Of a stretch of DNA of 64,000 bases, positions 45,532 to 61,103 are shown in pieces (the stretch's first letter is position 1; each line of letters starts with the position of its first letter). The notes beneath the pieces are model-generated. The model was not told where the DNA came from. It was given only the letters and a program-made list of their open reading frames with translations, and ran no database searches. Source of the DNA: the human T2T-CHM13v2.0 reference genome, Homo sapiens. The translations under genes and the position numbers were made by a program. The stretch lies in the NCBI RefSeq assembly GCF_009914755.1, contig NC_060931.1; one strand, 5' to 3'.

Positions 45532-46869
45532 AATCAATATACAATAGTACAATGCTGGGCTGTAAAGCCTGTGAGCAGATTTAAGCTTTTGATTAGGTAA
45601 AAGGTGGAGAGGGGAGCTGTTTTTCATCTCTGATGGACTCAGAAAGATAAAGATATATTTTGCTATAAGTTGCATTTGGTTTTTCTTCAGTAGATCAACT
45701 TGTTAAAAGCACAGCTGGGTTTTTTTGAGTATAGTGCTTTGTAAAGTAGCATCTTACCTGTTTTCAGGTCAAGGTATGTGGTAGAGAGCTGGAGTTGGAA
45801 AGGGGCATACTTATGAGACTAATCCAAGAATCAAAATGGAAGGACACATGGGAACAAGAACACTATCAGTTCCATTGTTATGAATTGAAAAGTATATAAT
45901 GTCTGTTATTTTTCTGCTACATATAAAAAATATATGAGTTTATATGGCAGTCAGGTACTGGAACTTTTTGTGCATTTTTCTACCAACAAATCAATAATCA
46001 TCTGTTATTTACAGACATATGTTTCAAGAATAGAAAAATGGCATTTACAACCTCTGTATTTTCATAAAGCTTTGCCTGTGTGCCAACAATATTTGAAGCA
46101 GATACAAAACTCAAAATAAAACTCAATTCAGGCTATTCAGACAGGGGAAAAGCACACTCTCAGTAACAAAGAACTTTATGCTGAGAACATGAAATGCTTT
46201 TTCACTCAAAGGAATGTTATAACTGAATAGTGTAGACAAAACCCATTGAACAATCGTCAGTAACTTTTTGTAGTTAGAATGTGTATACATGAACATATTT
46301 GAAATTCCATCTTTAAAAATGTTAAACGGTCTAGATTTTATAAAATGAGCAACATAATTCAGTATTTTCACAGCAAATTAATTATATGCATTAATGGAGC
46401 ATACAACAGAAGTAAAGATGTTTTATAATTTGCATGGTGTTGGGGAATTCACATTATTTAGAAGGTAATTTTTGTTCAATATAAATCATCTCATAAGTAT
46501 CGTTCACTAAAACTTCCAATTTCTTGAGTTTAACCAGATTAATCTTGTCCCTCTGAGTTTGTTTCAGCCACAGAGAAGTCAAGTAAATTGCCAGACATAA
46601 AGCCATGCAATTTTCATTCCAGGCATCCAAAATAAAGATCTGGGAGTCTGACAGGTAATATTAGGGACTGAGGCCAACATTCAAAGATAGCAGTGTAGTA
46701 GAAAGTCAAGAGCCAGAAGAGATTCGAAAGAGGGTTTGGCTGTGTACTGTTGTCCACTCTTCAACTGGAACAGCTTAGACATAGCTATCAATGATCCCTC
46801 ATCTGCATCTCCAGAAGAGGGCTGTATTCACTTCTGACCAGACACCCTCAGAGTCCATACATTTTCCTA

Positions 46870-47800
46870 GTGAAATACTAAAGAAAGTTCTTAGGCAGAT
46901 GAAACTGATGAAAGAGGGAAGCGTAGAAATGAAGAAAGAATATGTAGAAGAGCAGCAGTAAGGATAAAGCTGTAGGGAAACCTAAATGAAAGAAATCCAA
47001 TGTTTAGGCGTGTGTGTGTGTGTGTCTTTGTGTGCACACATGCACATGCATGTGTGCAGTTTGGAAGTCATTGCATTGTCCGAAAATAGTAAAAGTCTTA
47101 ATTTCCATTAGACTTTCATTAGAGAGTATCATAATCTCTAGATGGATATTAATATGTTAAGGAATGTTATAATAGTAAAAATAGTAAAATAATGTGTCAC
47201 TAATAGGCAAATGAGTATAGAATTTAATAATTAATCAAAAATTGCATGGAACAGATGACAAATAGAAAGCAAATTGGAAGATGCTAGATTTAAACACAGG
47301 TCATATAAACACTTTCAATGTAAATGAACTAAAATTACAATTAAAAATGAAGATTAAAATAATCTAAAGAAACTAAACTCGATGCTGCTTTTGAGACATT
47401 TTCAATTTTAATATTCAAAAACATTTTAAAAAGATGATAAAAATTACTGAGCAACACTAAAAGAAGCTTGAAGCTACACTAATATCAGACACTGCAGACT
47501 CTAAGCCAAGGCACATTATTAAAGATGGAAGAGATATTTCAAGGCACTAGGAAAATATAATTCTAAATGTGTATACACCTAATAACATAGCCTCAAAAGA
47601 TGTAATGCAGAATTTTACTGAACTACAAGAAGACATAGTCAGTTTCACAAATACATTGAGAGATTTTAAGATACCCCTCTCAGCAACTGATAGGACAAGC
47701 AGATACATCAGTAAGGTTATAGAAGAGTTGAAAAACTTGATTAACTATGTTGACATAATTGACAAATATAGTGTACCCAACCCAACAATTGCAGAACAGA
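46870..47800 (+). mobile_element. Old L1M fragment including an ORF2 endonuclease-domain remnant
   Basis: ORF 47569 (YTPNNIASKDVMQNFTELQEDI...RDFKIPLSATDRTSR...YVDIIDKY) resembles L1 ORF2p EN (YAPN...GDFNTPLSTLDRSTRQK...DLIDIY). Left boundary approximate. Confidence 0.85.
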
Positions 47801-48074
47801 GGCTCAAAGTAAAGGGAGTTGATTTGGCTTAGTATAACAAGGAAGTCTGCACTTACATCTTCAGGTTTCAGATATCCTTGGACCCAGGGGTTTAAAAATA
47901 TAATATGAAATTTAAAATTTTTTTCTGTCTCATTTCTCCTTAATTTTGCATGTTGAATCTTATTATCTCCTACACAAACAAGCTGTCTTTTTAAGACCTG
48001 AGAGTATGGTGTCAAGCAACTGTAAGTTGCTCCTCATTTTTGTAGGTTGATTTAGGAACCTGCAGCTTTACTAA

Positions 48075-48454
<380 letters not shown>

Positions 48455-49210
48455 TACTCTTCTTTTTATATTCATTTTGATCCTATACTTTCTGTGTCTC
48501 TCTATATACCCTACTAGACTGTTGTTCTTGTTGCCTTCTGCTGTTTCCTTCTCTCATTCTTTCTCTGTGTTGCTGCCATCAAATCTAAACACGTAACTGG
48601 TGTTTCCACTTTCTCCTGCTATGGCTACACCACTATGTTTATCCCCTTCTCATGCCCACAGTTATGCCTAGGTCTGGAAGTACATTGGGATTCTATGATT
48701 GTCTGGATATGAGATATTATATTCACTCTAAGAAAAATTATTTTTCCTCCAGGAGTAGAAAGAAAACAATGTTCCCAGGCCTTTTCCAGTGTTTCTCCTA
48801 AGCCCACAGTATATTTACATCTCCCTGTAGCTAGAAATAAGTCAATGACTCTAATATTCAATAAACCACTCTGAACTCCCATAGTCACTTACTTTAACTA
48901 AAAAGATTTCATTGATTTGTTTTTGCATGGTTACCTTTTATTCAGAGATATGGCTTTGCTATTTTTCTCTAAAATGACCTTGACATGATTTGCCTCCTGG
49001 TTGGTTGAACATCGGCAAAAGTTAAATAATGGCACAGCAGCTTATTCTGTGACCCAGAATATTCCCTTCTAAAAATTTAGGCAAAAAACTATCAGATAAA
49101 AATACAAACATAAATATATATTTCATAATGGTGCAAAATAAATGAAAACAACCCGGAAAAAACTAAATACCAAATATTAGAAAACTAGTTAAATAAATTG
49201 CAGGACATCT

Positions 49211-49533
<323 letters not shown>

Positions 49534-49565
49534 TTAACTTTGACATAATCTTTAAAAATTATACC

Positions 49566-49864
49566 GGCCAGGCATACTGGCTCATGGCTCAATGCCTATA
49601 ATCCCAATACTTTGGGAGGCCAAGGCAGGAGGATTGCTCTAGCCCCAGCCTAGGAAACATAGCCAGACCCCATCTCTACAGAAAAATAACAAATTAGCTG
49701 GGCATGGTGGTGCAAACCTGTAGTCCCAGCTACTTGGGAGGCTGAGGTGGGAGTATCACTTGAGCCTGAAGGTGGAGGCTGCAGTGAGCCATGATTGTGC
49801 CACTTCACTCCAGCCTGGGCGGCAGAGTGAGACCCTTGTCTAATAAATAAATAAATAAATAAAA
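49566..49864 (+). mobile_element. AluJ with a left-arm deletion and (TAAA)n tail
   Basis: GGAGGATTGCT and GAGGCTGCAGTGAGCCATGATT diagnostics. Confidence 0.9.
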
Positions 49865-50662
49865 TTTATACTGTACAACATTTAAGAACATAGAAAATTG
49901 TTCAGGTCAATAACAGGCTGTCAGTTGGTTATTCCAGAATTACTTCTAGGTTAGATAGCAAAAGCTGGGACTAGACAGAATTTCTTCCTCCAAAGGCAAA
50001 GTGAAAGCAGAAACAAAAGCAAAAACTAGAAATGTTCTTGAGGGAAACTGCAGACAACATACATGGATTTGAAAATACTTTTCTGTTTTTTACCTTTTCA
50101 GGGCCAAAATCAGTTTGACACAGTGCCTTGTGTATTAATAACTTTCCAATAATAATATACCTTTATAAGAAGAGCCTCCCCATGGCCACTTCCCAGGTTC
50201 AGAGCTTCACCATATTCAGCCTCCCTGCTTGTCACACTAAGGATTCGACCAAGGACCTTACCAAGCTCAGGGAGGAGCATCAGACTCTTTCAGCAGTGTA
50301 TACAGTTTATCGTCCTCTTCCGTAACCTATCACTGTTGGTCAACTTTCTTAAGTCATCCAGCTATCCATTCCAAGCAAAGTGATGAACCTCACACAAATC
50401 CTCCTTTTATTTCCTCCAGCCCATGGACAAAGTTGGGATATATCTTATGCCAGAGACAAAATGATTGCGTTCTCTCGAAGCTGCATGAAAAGGCTATATT
50501 ACAGCCTATGCATAAGAGCCTTAATATACCTGTGAAAGGTAAATAAATGCAAGTCAGATCTGAAACACCCAGTCAACACAGCCCAGGATAATTTTGCAAT
50601 TGGTTTTCATGTCTTCTATCTTCTGCATCTAGATGACAAAGATAGGGGACACTAACAGACCC

Positions 50663-51506
<844 letters not shown>

Positions 51507-51690
51507 GACTCATTAGTACCTTTCCTGGGCCACATGCAAACGAAAAGATTTGCTCTAAACTGCCAATTGATTTACACCTTCTCCTCTTCACATCTATACA
51601 CACAGGAAATTTAGAATTCCATTGTTCCACTGTCCTCTTGTGTGCTTATCAAACTGGTACTGGAACACGATTCTTCAATTTGCTTGATAT

Positions 51691-51992
<302 letters not shown>

Positions 51993-52666
51993 TATATTTA
52001 TTTTATTAAATTATATCTTGTAACCGGTGAAATTTAAACAACTTATTATTTCAATCAGTTATAAGACACCAATGCAGAATACAGATAAAAGAGGGAGATA
52101 CAGTTGAGCGTGAATTTTAGAAGACTTTCCAGAGCTGTGTTACATGTTCATTTCTGCCACTGAAGATACCTCCAGATATTTGAAGGATCTCTATCAGATG
52201 ACACTGGGTACTAATGCTAACCTGCCTAAGCTGAAGGTCACAAACAAGTTCAAGAAAAAAGTCACTGTAGGCTTACCTGTATTAACTCTTATGTTCATTT
52301 TACTTATATTCTCCAGTTGTGTTTTCAAAGGAGCTAATGTCTGTAAATCTCTTTATTTTCATTCTCAATTCAAATTCCTGGTTGAAAAACACTCCTGGAG
52401 TGCATGTTTTATATAATTCTGTGCAATTAAAATTTTATTCTCTAGCAAGAGGTTTTTAGTAGCTGAACACAAAATGGTAACTGACAAATTACAATCAACA
52501 AATTCACCTTTTACCTCCACTTCTTTGTATCTGGTCATTATAAAGATTATTTAAAAATTTACCTTATATTGTCCATCTTTTCATATCCTATGATTGGGAC
52601 TCCCGTGAAGCTTTATACAACTAAATAACACAGGCATCTATGATTTTCTCCAACTGGACAGATCAG

Positions 52667-53157
52667 TTTTAAGATCTATGGGCTTGGGGGTAAAGTAGAT
52701 TTGCTGCTCCCTGGTTACCAGCTTCTCTGAGTCCACTGAATACCCCTCCAACACACACAACAGATTATATGAAGAGAGTTTATTTCTTACAGATAGGCAA
52801 CAAAAAACAACAGAAACCTAGAATTCCTCATATTTCAGTCCCCCAGTGCTCAGGAAAGCTGTCAAAAATGGATGGAGTCTCATCTGCACATACCCTGCCT
52901 GAACTGTAGCTGAGGAACCCCAGAAAGCAGCCCACCTTAGGTTTTATACCTCAGGGTGATGGGATGTGCTGGGCTGAAGTGTTGAAGACATCCTGTTCTC
53001 CTAGGGGACTGAAACACAGCCTAGGCTGTTCCAGCCAGTCCCTTGCTACCTCAAGATGTTGCATTCCCAGCACATTCTATGATTAATTTTGAGAACCATA
53101 AGCAAGAAAGTGGAGAGAGCTGGATCAGTCCAAGATCACTTAGAGAACTATCTTGCA
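52667..53157 (-). mobile_element. LTR47-like ERVL solo LTR
   Basis: Minus strand begins TGCAAGATAGTTCTC...AGAATGTGCTGGGAATGCAACATC; probable TSD ATCAG/ATCAC. Confidence 0.7.
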
Positions 53158-53789
53158 ATCACCACTTACAGCTGAAGTTGATTTAATTTACTTCTTTGTG
53201 AAAGTAGAAGCACTTTTTTCATCTTGTTCATTTTACTCTTGATGGTATTTATAAATCATATTACAGACTCCCATGATTCTGAATAACATTAACATTAGTA
53301 GTCTATCTGGAAAATTCCATTAGTCACTAAAATTGTGGACTTTCCTGACACTATTCCTATGGACACGACCAATACCTGAATTTTCATGATATTCCTTACA
53401 ATGTATTGGTCGTATTTTCCTCCTTTTAAAATTTCACATCTAAGTTAACCAACTTTGCCTGGTCAACCTCATTTACTTTCCTGAATTCTAGAATTTAGCA
53501 AATGAGTTCATTTTTATTTGCTTCACATGTCCATGTTTTTGATCATGCTCTGTTTAACCACCAGTGAGTTTCTATTCATAACTCAGTCACTAGCTCATGT
53601 ATTATCTTCCTCACTAACTGTCAAAGAATTATTCACTCCATTTATAGTCTTGTATTTTTTTTATATGATAAGTTGATTGACGTGCTTCCCCTGTTACATT
53701 ATAAACTCTGAGAGCAAGGACCTCATCTTATTCTGCTCTGTATTTTGAGCATCTATTACACTGGATGACACAGAGGTGAAGATACATAA

Positions 53790-54564
<775 letters not shown>

Positions 54565-55111
54565 AGAAACGAATAGATGCACTACCCTGAAGCCAGTTAA
54601 GAACCAGGTAATTACTGATCTGGAAGAACACCTGATTTGGAGACTTCTTCATGTTACCACCCTACTGAGAGGTAGTGTGAAGGATCAGGACTAAGTTTCC
54701 CAGGATTTATTCTGAACTTGATGTGTATGCATCTCAGCTTATGCTGATCTACTCTGTTAGACTCCTGTCCTAGTCTTACATTGCAGTGTTTCCTTTTCCC
54801 CATGGGAGTCAAGGATATAGAGTTGTGGAAGAGAATGTACCAATCAAATACAGAAACTCTAAATTCTGGCCAGGATCTGATACAGAGTGTATTCTGAATA
54901 AATATTTGACAATGTAATTATATACCCATAAGGTTATCAAGCTGTCTAACAGTCCTTGATATATGACAAACAGAAGAGCAAAATAACACAGAGAGACATT
55001 TGAATGCTATCTGAGCCATACTTTCTTCCAAACTGGTACTAAATAATAAATTTTTTAAATACCAGTTTTATAAAAGAAGAAGAAAATACTTTTCTTCTGT
55101 GACTCAATAAT

Positions 55112-55319
55112 ATAAATAGCATTTGTGATTTTCAGTTCCAAACTGAGCTCAGATTCTATTGGCCACTAGTAAAACACTACTCGTGGGTAATAAATTCATT
55201 GGCTAAACTTATAAACCAAGTTAAAGCTAAACAATTAGTTGATTACTTTCTACTCATGTTTTACTAGTGGCCAATAGAGTCTGAATTCCATTTTGAATTT
55301 AAAAATCACAACTATTTAT
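55112..55319. repeat. Long imperfect palindrome (hairpin-type element)
   Basis: Arms 55149-55176 and 55257-55284 match at 27/28; pairing extends both outward and inward. Confidence 0.9.
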
Positions 55320-55527
55320 CCTAAAATTGTTTCAACTCAAAACCAGTACATGTGTCTGGTGCACCAGTCACCTGAAACAGAAGACATTTTAAAGCACATT
55401 TATAGTTAAAAAAAAAAAAAGAAAGAAAGAAAAAACAAAACAAACACGCGGAGAAGAAGAATTCAGAAGAGACATCGCGAAGAGCAAAATTTTTTATTGT
55501 CTTTTTGCTTTCTCTTGAAATGTTGCT

Positions 55528-56086
55528 TTCTTTTAAATTTTATTTTAAGTTCCAGGACACATGTTCAGGTCATTCAGGTTTGTTACACAGGTAAACATGT
55601 GCCATGGTGGTTTGCTGCATCTAACAACCCATCACCTAGGAATTAAGTCCTGCATGCATTAGCTCTTTATCCTGATGCTTTCTCTGCCCCTGCCCCCCAC
55701 CCACAACATGCCCAAGTGCGTGTTGTTCCCCTTTCTGTGTCCATGTGTTCTCATTGTTCAGCTCCCACTTATAAGTGAGAGCATGCGGTATTTGGTTTTC
55801 TTTTCCTGCATTAGTTTGTTGAGGATAATGGCTTCCAGCTCCATCCATGTCCTTGCACAGGACATGATTTCATTTCTTTTTATGACTACATAGTATTCCA
55901 TTATTTATGTATACCACATTTTCTTTATCCAGTCTATCACTGATGGGCATTTGGGTTGATTCCATGTTTTCGCTATTGCGAATAGTGCCGCAATGAACAT
56001 ACATGCATGTTGTCTTTATAGTAGAATGATTTATATTCCTTTGGGTATATACCCAGTAATGGGATTGCTGGGTCAAATGGTATTTT
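55528..56086 (-). mobile_element. L1PA8-11-like 3' end
   Basis: CCCATCACCTAGG..TTAAG..C.GCATGCATTAGCT...GTTCAGCTCCCACTTATAAGTGAG...GGGATTGCTGGGTCAAATGG. Confidence 0.9.
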
Positions 56087-57189
56087 GGGGTGTAGGTGCA
56101 AAGAACAAAACTTTTAATGGGAGAAAAGATAGAAAGATGAAATTAGTATCTGGAGTTGATCTATTATTGTATATTGTATTAACCCACTAATGAATAAGCT
56201 TATTTTTGGTAAACTTGTTATATGTGACTTTTACTAATCCTTCCCCTGAAGCAACAAAACATGCTCTTTCTTTACCAGGTCCAATAAGCAGCTCTCTGAA
56301 TTCAGCAGCTGACCTCATTTTAGCATTCACTTAAAATTTATATTCTTCTTTCTTTATTTTGTTCTCCTTAAATTTTATAGACTTCACTGATATGAGCCAG
56401 TAGAGATTTCATTCACAGATTTCTTTGTGTGTCAGTGCAGAATGTGGAAGGAACTTGACACGCTAACCAGGAGGTGTGTTGTCCCCCTGGACTGAGTAAA
56501 GAAGATATGACACGAACTCAGCAAGCCTATGATTGTGAGACACTTCTACTGCTTCAGGAGGGAGCTCGGAATTCAATTAGAGATACCAGAAATAGCTTTC
56601 TGCTACAACTAAAGTACTGAGTGGGAAACTACATGTCTTGGCACACGAGTGATGGTTTTGCTATTCCTTTGTGTCATGGATAGAACAGAAAAAAAGAGAA
56701 TATGAAGCAACGAAAAGATAAATGTGCAAAAATTTCCTCAAGGAACAATATTTAGTTTTCTATACTTGAAAATGAGTGTCAAGATATATAGAAAGCAAAA
56801 TTAAAAAGACATATAAGGTATTTTCTTAAGAAGAGTTAAGAAGAAAGAGGTTAACTAAACCAAGGAAAGCATTGAGTGAGGACAAAAAGTGAAACAGATT
56901 TGCTGCTGTCACTGCTACCGTATACCACAGACTCTCCAAAAAGAAAAAAAAGATATGGTTGAGTCTTTCATAATACAAACCACAATCCTGGCAAAAAAGC
57001 AAGATATAGCAGTGCTGGGAAAACTTCAGTAATTTGCACAACTAAATCAACAGCTCTGAACACATCCGCCAAATTCAGAGTACATAAAACTGTCTTTTTT
57101 TTTTTTTATTCTGAGAAAAGCATGTCTCCAGTAGATAGAGAGAGCAACATAATAACAACTCTCTGAATTTGATTAAAGCAGTAGTAATA

Positions 57190-57450
57190 ATCACATCAGC
57201 AGCTGTCATGTGTTCACTTCTGGCTACCTGGGAGGTGCTTTGCCAATCCCTTTGTGTATATTTTCTTATTAATCCTCAAATTCCTCTACACATCAGGCAC
57301 TGTTAAATATATTTTACAGATGGAGAAACCAAGCCTCAAAAAAATTGAGTAATTTAGGTAAATGTATACAGAGTGTTAGAAGCAGGCTACGATCCCAGGT
57401 CTACCTGACTTCAAGTTTGTGCTCTTTACCGTTATGCTGTACTGCACAGG
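57190..57450 (-). mobile_element. MIR SINE
   Basis: ATTTTACAGATGGAGAAACCAAG core. Confidence 0.7.
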
Positions 57451-57559
57451 GAGACAAAGTGTTTAATGACGTAAAAACAGAAGACACATTTGAAAGAAAG
57501 TGGCAATACTATTCTAGAATTTCTTCTGGCCAAGGAACACAATTATGAGTATGCCCTAC

Positions 57560-57917
57560 TGTATTAGTCTGTTTTGACACTGCTGAGTAAAGACATACCT
57601 GAGACTGGGCGATTTTCAAAAGAAAGAGAGGTTTAATCGACTTACAGTTCCACGTGGCTGGAGGGGCCTCACAATCATGGTAGAAGGCAAGGAGGAACAA
57701 GTAACATCTTATATGGATGGCAGCAGGCAAAGAGAGAGCTCGTGCAGGGAAACTCTCCCTTATAAATCCATCAGATCTCATGAGACTTATTCACTGTCAT
57801 GAGAACAGCATGGGAGAAACCTAACCCCAATGATTTAATTGCCTCCCACCAGGTCCCACCCACAACATGTGGGAATTCAAGATAAGATTTGGGTGGGTAC
57901 ACAGCCAAACCATATCA
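57560..57917 (-). mobile_element. THE1A solo LTR
   Basis: TGTATTAGTC...GGATGGCAGCAGGCAAAGAGAGAGC...CCAAACCATATCA. Confidence 0.9.
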
Positions 57918-58368
57918 TCAACAATGTAGAAAGGCATACTTGATCTTCTTTGGAAGAGATAGCTGGATGAAGATGGGCAAAACCACCCAATAATCGTGGT
58001 TTTAACTTAAAACAGGTATTATCCTATATTCATGTCCTAACTTAAAGGTACAATGCACCATCTGCAGTAGAAATAAACATAGGTTCTATCTAACAGCACA
58101 GGCCCATCTCAAGTAAACAGTTATGTATCCACAATCTCAAATTTCATATAACATAGTAGATATATATTGTGGGTACCTACACAACATGCATAAGGCTTAC
58201 CCCCATTTTTTCCCAAGGCTTTATTGACAATCAATTTGGTTAGAATTAACCATCCCCAGTTCCAAAAATTGGCTATAACTGGAATAAATAAATCAGATAA
58301 ATTCCATTATCATTGCCTCAGTGATTCACCTATGGCAGAGCATATAACCCAAGTTGGTCCAATCAAGG

Positions 58369-58751
58369 TGTACTAGTCTACTCTCATGCTACTATAACGA
58401 AATACCTGAGACTGGGTAATTTGTAAAGAAAAGAGGTTTAACTGGCTCAAGTTTTGCAGGCTGTACAGGTAGCATGTCTGTGGAGGCCTCAGGAAACTTT
58501 CAATGATGGTGGAAGGCAAAGGGGAAGCAGGCATGTCTTATGTTTCAGGAACAGGAGGAAGAGAGAGAAGGGGGAGATGCTACACACTTTTAAACAACCA
58601 GATCTACTGGGAATTCACTCATGGTCATGAGAACAGCAAAGGGGAAATCTGCCCTCATGATCCAGTCATCTCTCACCAGGCCCCTCCTCCAACACTGAGG
58701 ATTACAATTCCACATGAGGTTTGGGTGGGGACACAAATTCAAACTATATCA
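58369..58751 (-). mobile_element. MSTA/THE1D-type solo LTR
   Basis: Perfect TSD CAAGG (58364-58368, 58752-58756); MST motifs. Confidence 0.88.
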
Positions 58752-58865
58752 CAAGGTAAAGCCAAAGATTTGCGTTTGGAGATTTGAAGGAAGAGAAGAG
58801 TTCCTTCATCTTGACAGTCCAGTGAAGGGCAGTGAAATTTTGAACACTAACAGACATTTTGCTAC

Positions 58866-59403
58866 CATGAGGGTTAATATTGACAACTTGATTGGATTAC
58901 AAAGTATTGTTCCTGGGTGTGTCTGTGAGGGTGTTGCCAAAGGAGATCAACATTTGAGTCAGTGGACTTGGAAACGCAGAGCCACCCTCATCCTGGGTGG
59001 TCACCGTCTAATCAGCTGCCAACATGGCTAGAATAAAACAGGCAGGAGAAGTGAGAAGATCCAGACTTGCTGAGTCTTCCGGCCTTCATCTTTTTCCCAT
59101 GCCGGATGCCTCCTGCCCTCAAACATCGGATTCCAAGTTGCTCAGCTTTTGGACTCTTAGACTTACACCAGTGGTTTGCCAGGGGATCTGGGACCTTCAC
59201 CCACAGACTGAAGGCTGAACTGTTGGCTTTCCTTCTTTTGAGAGTTTTGGGACCCAGACTGGCTTCCCTGCTCCTCAGCTTGCAGACGGCCTACCGTGGG
59301 ACTTCACCTTGTAATCGTGGGATTCAATACTCCTTAATAAACTCCCTTTCATATAACATCTATCCTGTTAGTCCTGTCCCTCTAGAGAACCCTGACTAAT
59401 ACA
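58866..59403 (+). mobile_element. MLT2A2 LTR with small 5' deletions
   Basis: GGTTAATATT...CCTGGGTGTGTCTGTGAGGGTG...GAACCCTGACTAATACA. Confidence 0.9.
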
Positions 59404-59779
59404 CAACCCAAGATGAAGCTGACACAAAAAGTAGGACAGGACTGGAAGAACTGCAGAACTAGTCGTCTTGATCAAATCATGCCTGAATCATGCATTTCCT
59501 TTTAACTCTTTTAATTCTCTATACCAACAAACTGCCTTTTTTTAAACTAGTTAAAATATTGTATTGTTTTTGTTAGTCCAGTCCAATGTAACAATATAAA
59601 GTGTTAAGAACTCAAGCTTAATACCATTTTACATGTTAAGAACTCAAGTTTATATTCCATGATGCTAACTCCTCTTCCTTAGTGTTGATATTCCCACTTT
59701 AACTGTTTCATAGGAAATAATAATCAAACACTTCCCATCACACAAAATGGTGGTTGTATCTACCTATAAATATCGAATA

Positions 59780-60358
59780 TTCTAGCCAAGAATGAATTTT
59801 ACCTCCAGTGGATGTCTGGTAGATATCTCAAACTTAACATGTCTGAAACTGAGTGCCTGATCCCTTCTCAACATTTCAGTTGTTGGCAATTACATCTTTC
59901 CAGCTGCTCATTTTCTGCTACTTTCCCCAACCCTCATTCTACTTCAGGCATACGGGCCTCCTTGCTCTTCTTATAGGGCAGATATTCACCATCTTAGCCT
60001 CTTTCAACTGGCTGCTTTCCTTCCCTGATATTTACCTGATTAAGTCATTTTCTTGCTTCAAATATTTTCTGAGATGTCACCTTCTGCATGAGGCTTACTC
60101 TGTCCACACTAATTACAATTGTATCTGCCTCTCACACACATACCCTTCTCTGTTCTGTCTTTTCTCATATGACCTAAAACTGTCTAATATACTGACTGTT
60201 TAATTAATCTATTCATTTCATTGCATATTTTCCATGTCTTACCATTAGAATGTAAGACTCATGAACATGCATTTTTGTCTCTTGTCTTAACTGATGTATC
60301 CCAAATGCTGGAATATGCCTGACATGTGAATAAATCTTTGTTGACTGAATGAGTAAAT
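59780..60358 (+). mobile_element. L2a 3' region
   Basis: ATCTCAAACTTAACATGTC...TAGAATGTAAG...AATAAATCTTTGTTGACTGAATGAGT. Confidence 0.75.
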
Positions 60359-60747
60359 CACTCTGCCCTCAGCAACTTGGCACAGTTATCCAGTCCTAAG
60401 GAGTGTAGGGCACACTAAGCTATGAATTAAAAATCTTTCCACAAAAATTGATTTGTGATGATTTCCTTTGGAAATTGGACCAAATATAAAAATAATTGAA
60501 CTTAGAGGTTCCAAAATCCCATAAGCAGACACAATGTGATTTGGATGATTGAATAACCCTCATAGGTTAGCCCCTGGTGGCATATTCACTCATAAGTCTC
60601 TTCCCTGAATCTAGTGTGCTCTCTCCCTTCAATTTGGGTTTGCTGTAGCAAATAATTTAGGGTTTACAACATGGATCTCAGATGTTGTGCTAGTACACAA
60701 CATATACTGGGTGTGCATGGGATCATCCTGGATGTCATTTGTCAGAC

Positions 60748-61103
60748 TGATATGGTTTGGCTCTGTGTCCCCACCCAAATCTCATCTAACAGCTCCCATA
60801 ATTCTCAAGTGTTGTGGGATGGGCCCAGTGGGAGATGACTGAACTATGGGTAGGTCTTTCCTATGTTGTTCTCGTGTTAATGAATGGCTCTCATGAGATC
60901 TGATGGTTTTAAAAATGGAAGTTGCCCTGCACAAGCTCTCTCTTTGCCTGCTGCCATCCATTTAATAGGTGAATTGCTCCTTCTTGCCTTCTGCCATGAT
61001 TGTGAGGCCTCCCCAGCCATGTGGAAGTATAAGCCCATTAAACCTCTTTTTCTTTCCAGTCTCAGATATGTCTTTATCGACAGTGTGAAAACAGACTGAT
61101 GCA
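60748..61103 (+). mobile_element. THE1A solo LTR
   Basis: TGATATGGTTTGGCTCTGTGTCCCCACCCAAATCTCATC; perfect TSD CAGAC (60743-60747, 61104-61108). Confidence 0.92.

Noticed and set aside
47569-47832. 87-aa ORF as a host gene
   Set aside because: Decayed L1 ORF2 endonuclease remnant.
50086-50545. Acceptor at 50101 and donor at 50539 as an exon
   Set aside because: 437 nt with no spanning ORF; such signals are common by chance.
60566-60584. CTCF-like CCACCAGGGGCTA on the minus strand
   Set aside because: One base short in the G-run; the 3' part of the motif is misaligned.
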